A stretch of DNA of 62,463 nt, counting the filler, from Collodictyon triciliatum (Eukaryota): the NCBI GenBank assembly GCA_043381765.1. It is 5 parts of 5 records of this genome, joined end to end, with 100 filler letters (N's around TTAATTAATTAA, not from the genome) between each part and the next. Parts side by side here need not be neighbours in the genome. Positions count along the whole stretch, not along the records: positions 33,498 to 62,463 come from JBHJMP010000190.1; 4 more parts are not named here. The stretch is one strand, 5' to 3'. Both the position numbers and the translations under genes were made by a program. The number at the start of each line of letters is the position of its first letter. The first letter of the stretch is position 1. The notes under the pieces were generated by a model that searched no databases, was not told where the DNA came from, and was given only the letters and a program-made list of their open reading frames with translations. Below, one piece after another: positions 56,596-62,463 of this stretch.

Positions 56596-57135
56596 GACTT
56601 TTTTTTCCTTCCTTTCGGCTGCATGTTGTCGTTTGTGTGGATTGTGGATTTATTATTCAGAAATTATCATTCGGCCCCCCTCCCTCGGGTTTTGTCCCAA
56701 GATTTACAGTGTTTTAAGGCATCGTTTTTCATATATTCGCCACAAATCCTCTGTCAAACTAATCAATATATGTTCTACAGGTTAAAAATGAATGGCAAGC
56801 CGTCCCGTCCGATTCGTATGAAAGAGCATTCCGATGAATTTTCTCCATTCTCTTGAACCAAGAGAAGAAAAATCAATCCATCAATTGAAAGCTTGAGATT
56901 AAAAATAGATTCAAGCGTTAATATCGAGGTTCAATTTCCCAACAGATTAAAAAAAAAAGTTGGATAATCACTGGGGTATTTTAAAAGTGGAAAAACGCTG
57001 TTTTATTTCATGGTGTTTATTATTTTCCCTGCAGAGGTATTAATATGCACTTGACGCAGAGGCAGTAATGAAAAGATATCAAAAAATGCGGAGAGAATGA
57101 GTGCTCCAAATATGCACCAATCAAAATAAAAATAT

Positions 57136-58967
57136 TCATACAGTATGTCTGTTCCTCTTGTGGGTAATTGTCACATGGTGCAGAAAAGAGGCTACATTTG
57201 CATAATAACTCATCCCATATCTTGATTCAATGTCGTTGTGGCCTGCACCTTCGATTAGCCAGCACCTCCAAAGCTTCAAAGCAGATTCCGCCAATGTCTG
57301 AAAAAGAGGGATAGTCAACTACTTGATATTTAAGGAACTTGTTTGATGTCGTCACTTGACATGAATTAGCCTTTTTTCTAATATTTTTTTCTAATATGTA
57401 TCAAGACATGCAGGTGACTTAATCAAGATGGGGTGTGATGGGGAATAAATACACGTCCATGACTGGATGCGATGACCGTATCGTCGACGCCATGGATTAC
57501 ATACAGAGGACATCTGGCAAGATGTTGGAAAAATATCAGTAAAAATGATTATAGTTAAAAAAAAATTGTAATATCTGACGATGGTTCTATCATGTGCCAT
57601 TAGATAGATAAACGGATTGACAATTATGCTAGTACGTTATACGTGGAACTTTCTTGTAGTTTTTGTAAATATCAAGTGGAGATTCGATTCCCTTGAGATC
57701 CTTTTGTTTTAGAGTAGGAATAGGCGAGAAAAGGGGGGTTACTGGAGATGAAGAGAAAGTAATTCATAATCGAGGATCGTGTTTATAGCGACAGTATTAT
57801 TCAATGGGACTTAGCCTTCAAGATATGAATGAGAGATATCTGACGTTTCTTGATTTCATATCCCTGTTTTACATAAATTATTTTCACAAATGTGTAACAT
57901 ATTTCAAAACCTTGACAACTCTAATGGCAGACGTAAGGCCTGATTGAATTATAAACCCGCCGATATCTTGGTGGTGACGAAGGGCACATTCGCAAGTCGG
58001 ACCGCTTCCAATACTGCGCCCGAGTCTGCACGTTTTACGTTGATGATTTTTGTGTATGATATAATAGAGCCATTACTTTACGAAATTGTATACTCTAAAA
58101 GGATTGGTTCTCAATCATAAGTATGATAAACTTAGTTTTCTTTCAAGATATGAATTTAAAGCGTCGTGGACATTGTAACATATGAAAAGAAAATCCCTCG
58201 ATTGAAATATTACAAAATTATATCTTTTGGGTTCACTTTAAGCACATTCAATGCGTATTGGTAGACTGTCTCGATGTCCTCGTAAGTGCTGCTTTCACTT
58301 GGTGAGCCTTCGCTAAGTCCATAGCCCCCATAATCGTAACATAGTATGTTTACCTATGATAGGTGCTTCAGTCTTGGAGAATGTATATTCATTCATCCGA
58401 TTTCTAAAAGCAAATATTTTTATCATGGCTTTTACCTTATATTAAACGAGTGCTTTCAAATAATAAGTTTAGTATTACCTGACTATAATTCGCAAGATTA
58501 ACAAGAAGTGGTCTTGAAAACCCCAGATCTTCAGCATTCCCATGACTATATATAATAGTCTGCGTGGCTCTGCATAATAGATTTGTTGGCGAGTAAAGTG
58601 TGTCATAAAAAGAAGATATATGCATGTATATGTGTATTTGTATATAAATAAGTACTGCTTCCGACGAACATGTAGAGTTGCTATTCTTCGCCCAGAACCC
58701 GTTTTTATATACTGGAAGTCCTCAGTGATACTTTCAAAGTTTGCTGCATCCACAAACCAACGCACCTTGAGAATCGGTAAGTCAAAAACTGCAACATCCC
58801 AGACTCGAAACAGACGAAAAACGATTTGAAGACAGAGAGCTCTAGAGATAAGAAGCAGGTACGCGATGGAAACAAGAACTCCTTGAGGCACAACAAACCC
58901 TCCCTCCTCGTTCTTGATAGCTTGGACTTGGCGGTAGGAATGCCATTCGATTGATTACGAGACCCAT
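57136..58967 (-). CDS. ABHD17-like alpha/beta hydrolase (depalmitoylase family)
   Basis: MGLVINRMAFLPPSPSY; TIIYSHGNAEDLG; NILCYDYGGYGLSEGSPSESSTYEDIE; nucleophile motif GRSIGSGP; YVIHGVDDTVI; IEGAGHNDIE; stop 57136-57138. The S-D-H triad is present. Confidence 0.9.
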
Positions 58968-59234
58968 CGCCCAAGCTTATTTTTTCCCTTTTATTTTTGT
59001 GCATATTAATGATAAAATGAATATGTTGGAAATAACAGTCAAAGAAAAAGAGAAGAGAATATAAGAAAAGAAAAGAAAAGAAAAGAAAAGAAAAGGTTCT
59101 GTGCGCTGAAGAAAGAGACGCTCGAGGAGGACGCGAAGCAACCATCGAGGTCGAGAAAGGAAGTACACGTGAGTTTATTTTTATTTTATTTTTTTACATT
59201 GTGATCTTAACGCACGAAGGAAAGCCTGCGACTC

Positions 59235-59801
59235 GTTTTTGTTTTGTTTTGTTTTGTTTTGTTTTGTTTTGTTTTGTTTTGTTTTGTTTTGTTTTGTTTT
59301 GTTTTGTTTTGTTTTGTTTTGTTTTGTTTTGTTTTGTTTTGTTNNNNNNNNNNNNNNNNNNNNNNNNNNNNNNNNNNNNNNNNNNNNNNNNNNNNNNNNN
59401 NNNNNNNNNNNNNNNNNNNNNNNNNNNNNNNNNNNNNNNNNNNNNNNNNNNNNNNNNNNNNNNNNNNNNNNNNNNNNNNNNNNNNNNNNNNNNNNNNNNN
59501 NNNNNNNNNNNNNNNNNNNNNNNNNNNNNNNNNNNNNNNNNNNNNNNNNNNNNNNNNNNNNNNNNNNNNNNNNNNNNNNNNNNNNNNNNNNNNNNNNNNN
59601 NNNNNNNNNNNNNNNNNNNNNNNNNNNNNNNNNNNNNNNNNNNNNNNNNNNNNNNNNNNNNNNNNNNNNNNNNNNNNNNNNNNNNNNNNNNNNNNNNNNN
59701 GACAGAGACAGAGACAGAGACAGAGACAGAGACAGAGACAGAGACAGAGACAGAGACAGAGACAGAGACAGAGACAGAGACAGAGACAGAGACAGAGACA
59801 G
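59235..59801. repeat. (GTTTT)n and (GACAGA)n flanking a gap
   Basis: Directly visible. Confidence 0.95.
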
Positions 59802-60364
59802 CAACAGATAACCTTTGTTTCGGCTGGAATGTCTTTATCAGAGTATCACATAATCATTCACTTAAGAGCCAGAATGAGTAGCGTGGAAAATACATCAGAC
59901 ACGGGGGCAACGTAACACCGGATGCATGGCCATCACATAATACGCCGATGATATTATTTACTTGACCAGAACAGATAGTGTAAGAAACAGTATTTACAAG
60001 TGGTTACGTTCAAATTCATCAGAGGCGATACCTTAATAACTAACAATTCTCCACTTCGAGGCCAAGCACCGCCTTCTTTTGTCGTAATAATATTTTGCTT
60101 ATGGGTTTATGCTTCACATCGGTGATGAATTGAGGTACACATTCGTAATTTTAGTAAGTATGTGCGTAGCAACAATAGCAATAAAGGTAAACCCTCTTGA
60201 TTAAATAAAGCGAGAAAATTAAGAATCTTTTATATGGGTACTTGATTTTATAACCTTCAATAAAATACAAAAATATGATGAAATAGATAAAGAAATATAG
60301 TTAGAAGAAAAATTACAACGATTGCAAAGATGTTCTTATTTATGGAATAGCTTTGAGCACACTG

Positions 60365-62192
60365 CTAGAATATGACGTCTACATCATTCTCAGCATATTC
60401 GTCCAGAAGTGATGAAGATGGGTCGATGCTTCCAGAGTCAGGGGCTATTTGCGTTAATACGATTTTTGAAAGAAGAAAGCAGTTCCAAAAATGCAAACAA
60501 ACACTATTGTAGATGCTTACGCATAATATAAATATATGTTTCTATGCCTGACATGTTTAAAAATATTGAAAGGATTCGAGTTATAACATTTGAAACCTGC
60601 GATGCTCAGTGAAGATGTGGCTTCTGTGATTCGCTCAAGGTCCTTTTTCTCTTGGTCTCTTTTCTTTTTCTTCTGGATCAGCTTCAAACTGTAAGGTGAC
60701 TTATTACATCAGTACAAACAGTCATGGATGTAAGTTATTCTATGAAAAAAAATCCTTTATTCTTTCTTCATGTAAATATATAAGAGAGGAAACCCTTTTT
60801 ATATAATTTTTTTTATTAATTGATGATTGGTTTAAAGAAGTATGTTTTGATAGCACTGACCGAAAGTATTCCTCTCTTTCCATTTCATCCAGCTCGCTGC
60901 GGATATATGCTAACGTTGTTTCAATACGGGGCTGTGTAATGGGTATATGAATCAGTTAACTGGGTTTTCTAAAGAAAAAATAATCATTAGTGTCTTTTGC
61001 GATTCTAATATTCATTTATTCAAATTTTGCCAAATTGCATCAGAAAATTTATTACATACGATGACGACGTGCTCCAGAGCATTCACCCGTCGATTGGTCA
61101 CTTTGATGACATTATCCAAAGTCTTATACGATGTCTAAGAGTAAATAATCAAAGGATTTTTAATGATTTGAAAGAAATAAATGGAGAACAGTTCAAAAAA
61201 AAAAACCTGCAATGAAGCCAATGATATTAAAATTTCAATCAATGATTGGAATGATGTTCTGCAATTTTGAATTTGTTGGCCTCCTTTAGAAAGGCCGGCC
61301 ATGGCTTGTACTATGTGTTCCACTCATTCAAAATATTGTGATATTATATTACGGCAACTTGGCATCATGTCGACTGTTTTTTAATGTGTCATTTTTGCTG
61401 AATTATTCGAATTGCTTTAAGTAGATAAGTAAAATCTGATTGTGGAATCGATTAGAATTCTACGCAGACCATTTGTCCCTTCATAAAGGGGGTCAAACAC
61501 AGGTAATTTAACACCAGCTACGTTATCAGTTCTGCTTCGAATCTTCATCGACGGCTGCTCCGCATTTTCAACCACTGTTTGTCTGATTTTATATTGTTTT
61601 CATACGAGATTATTTTCATTAAATATGAACACTTTTTTCTCATGATAATCATCTACTTATGAATATACGAGTAGAGTAATAAATGGAAATTACCAATACA
61701 TATAGAAGAAATAAAAAAAATCATATCTCTAAAACAAATGATGTCTTTCTTTAATCATGTCGGTAAGTTGTCTCAGTCAAAACTGTAAAACTCACGAGAA
61801 ATCACCAGCAACATATTTAGCCTCGGTCAAAGCAAACATGGAGGCCTTCATCCTGGACCCCATGAGTTCTTTTTTCTGAATTGGTACCAAATTATAAGTG
61901 GATGAATCGAACAGAATCTAAGTACATTTGTCAGAAGCAAATCCCTTGTCGCGTGTGATTTAGAAATCAAAGAGAAAGGTTTTTTTTTTATTCTTCCTTT
62001 CAACTTTTTGTGCAGGACCGTGGGGTAAATCAAAGAGAAAGGTAATGATTATCTACAGGAGGGTTGTTTGAGTACCTCTAGAATCTTGTGGATAATTGCA
62101 CGGTATCGTACTTGAAGCGCATCACTTTTCTTCTTCAACAAAGAGTGACCTTTCGATGCCCCTTGCAGGCGCAGGTTTAATAGAGTCAAGGT
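60365..62192 (-). CDS. ATP6V1D: V-type proton ATPase subunit D (first exon lies beyond the window end)
   Basis: RLQGASKGHSLLKKKSDAL; KELMG...FALTEAKY; DNVAGVKLPVF; GLSKGGQQIQ...LASLQ|TS; IKVTNRRVNALEHVVI|PRIETTLAYIRSELDEMEREEYFR|LKLIQ; ends DVDVIF*. Confidence 0.95.
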
Positions 62193-62369
62193 CCTAAGTT
62201 ACAAAGTATAAATACATCGTGTAACAGAGACCATTGACTTTGGCTTTATTTAGCGTTGGATGGTCTTATATTTGACTTCTAGCGCATAAAATGCCGATAA
62301 AAGGAACGCATTGTATAGAATCAATAAATTTTTTTGTTTTTTGATTTTTGTTTTTTGTATTTTCATTTT

Positions 62370-62463
62370 GTTTTTGTTTTTGTTTTTGTTTTTGTTTTTG
62401 TTTTTGTTTTTGTTTTTGTTTTTGTTTTTGTTTTTGTTTTTGTTTTTGTTTTTGTTTTTGTTT
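62370..62463. repeat. (TTTTTG)n in V-ATPase D intron 1
   Basis: Directly visible. Confidence 0.95.

Noticed and set aside
59820-60140. Possible exon(s) downstream of V-ATPase D (e.g. GGAWPRSGELLVIK)
   Set aside because: Too short, with no start or consistent splice chain; cannot be supported.

Overview
AT-rich, intron-dense eukaryotic genomic DNA from a draft assembly. The gene content suggests a heterotrophic protist, but the taxon cannot be determined. A 3.7-kb stop-free exon is consistent with the standard genetic code. Four artificial 100-nt spacers (44N-TTAATTAATTAA-44N) join five scaffolds, and further N gaps usually sit in microsatellites. Manual splicing gives about 13 protein-coding genes, many partial: an IBTK-like ANK-RCC1-BTB protein interrupted by a contig carrying a nodulin-like MFS gene, a small orphan coiled-coil gene, an Afi1/MesA DENN-like protein with an embedded EVH1/WH1-like domain, an RCC1-ANK-TIR-TIR protein, two coiled-coil proteins, an IP3-receptor-like channel with a non-canonical pore filter, a membrane-bound calcineurin-like metallophosphoesterase, a FYVE-SLOB pseudokinase-WH2 protein, a VPS10/sortilin-like fragment, a TTLL6/13-like fragment, an ABHD17-like hydrolase and V-ATPase subunit D. 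No rRNA, tRNA, snRNA, transposon or CRISPR array was recognised. The most interesting items are the tandem pseudo-TIR protein, the EVH1-in-Afi1 architecture and the divergent IP3R filter. All exon structures are hand-inferred, without transcript data or database searches.
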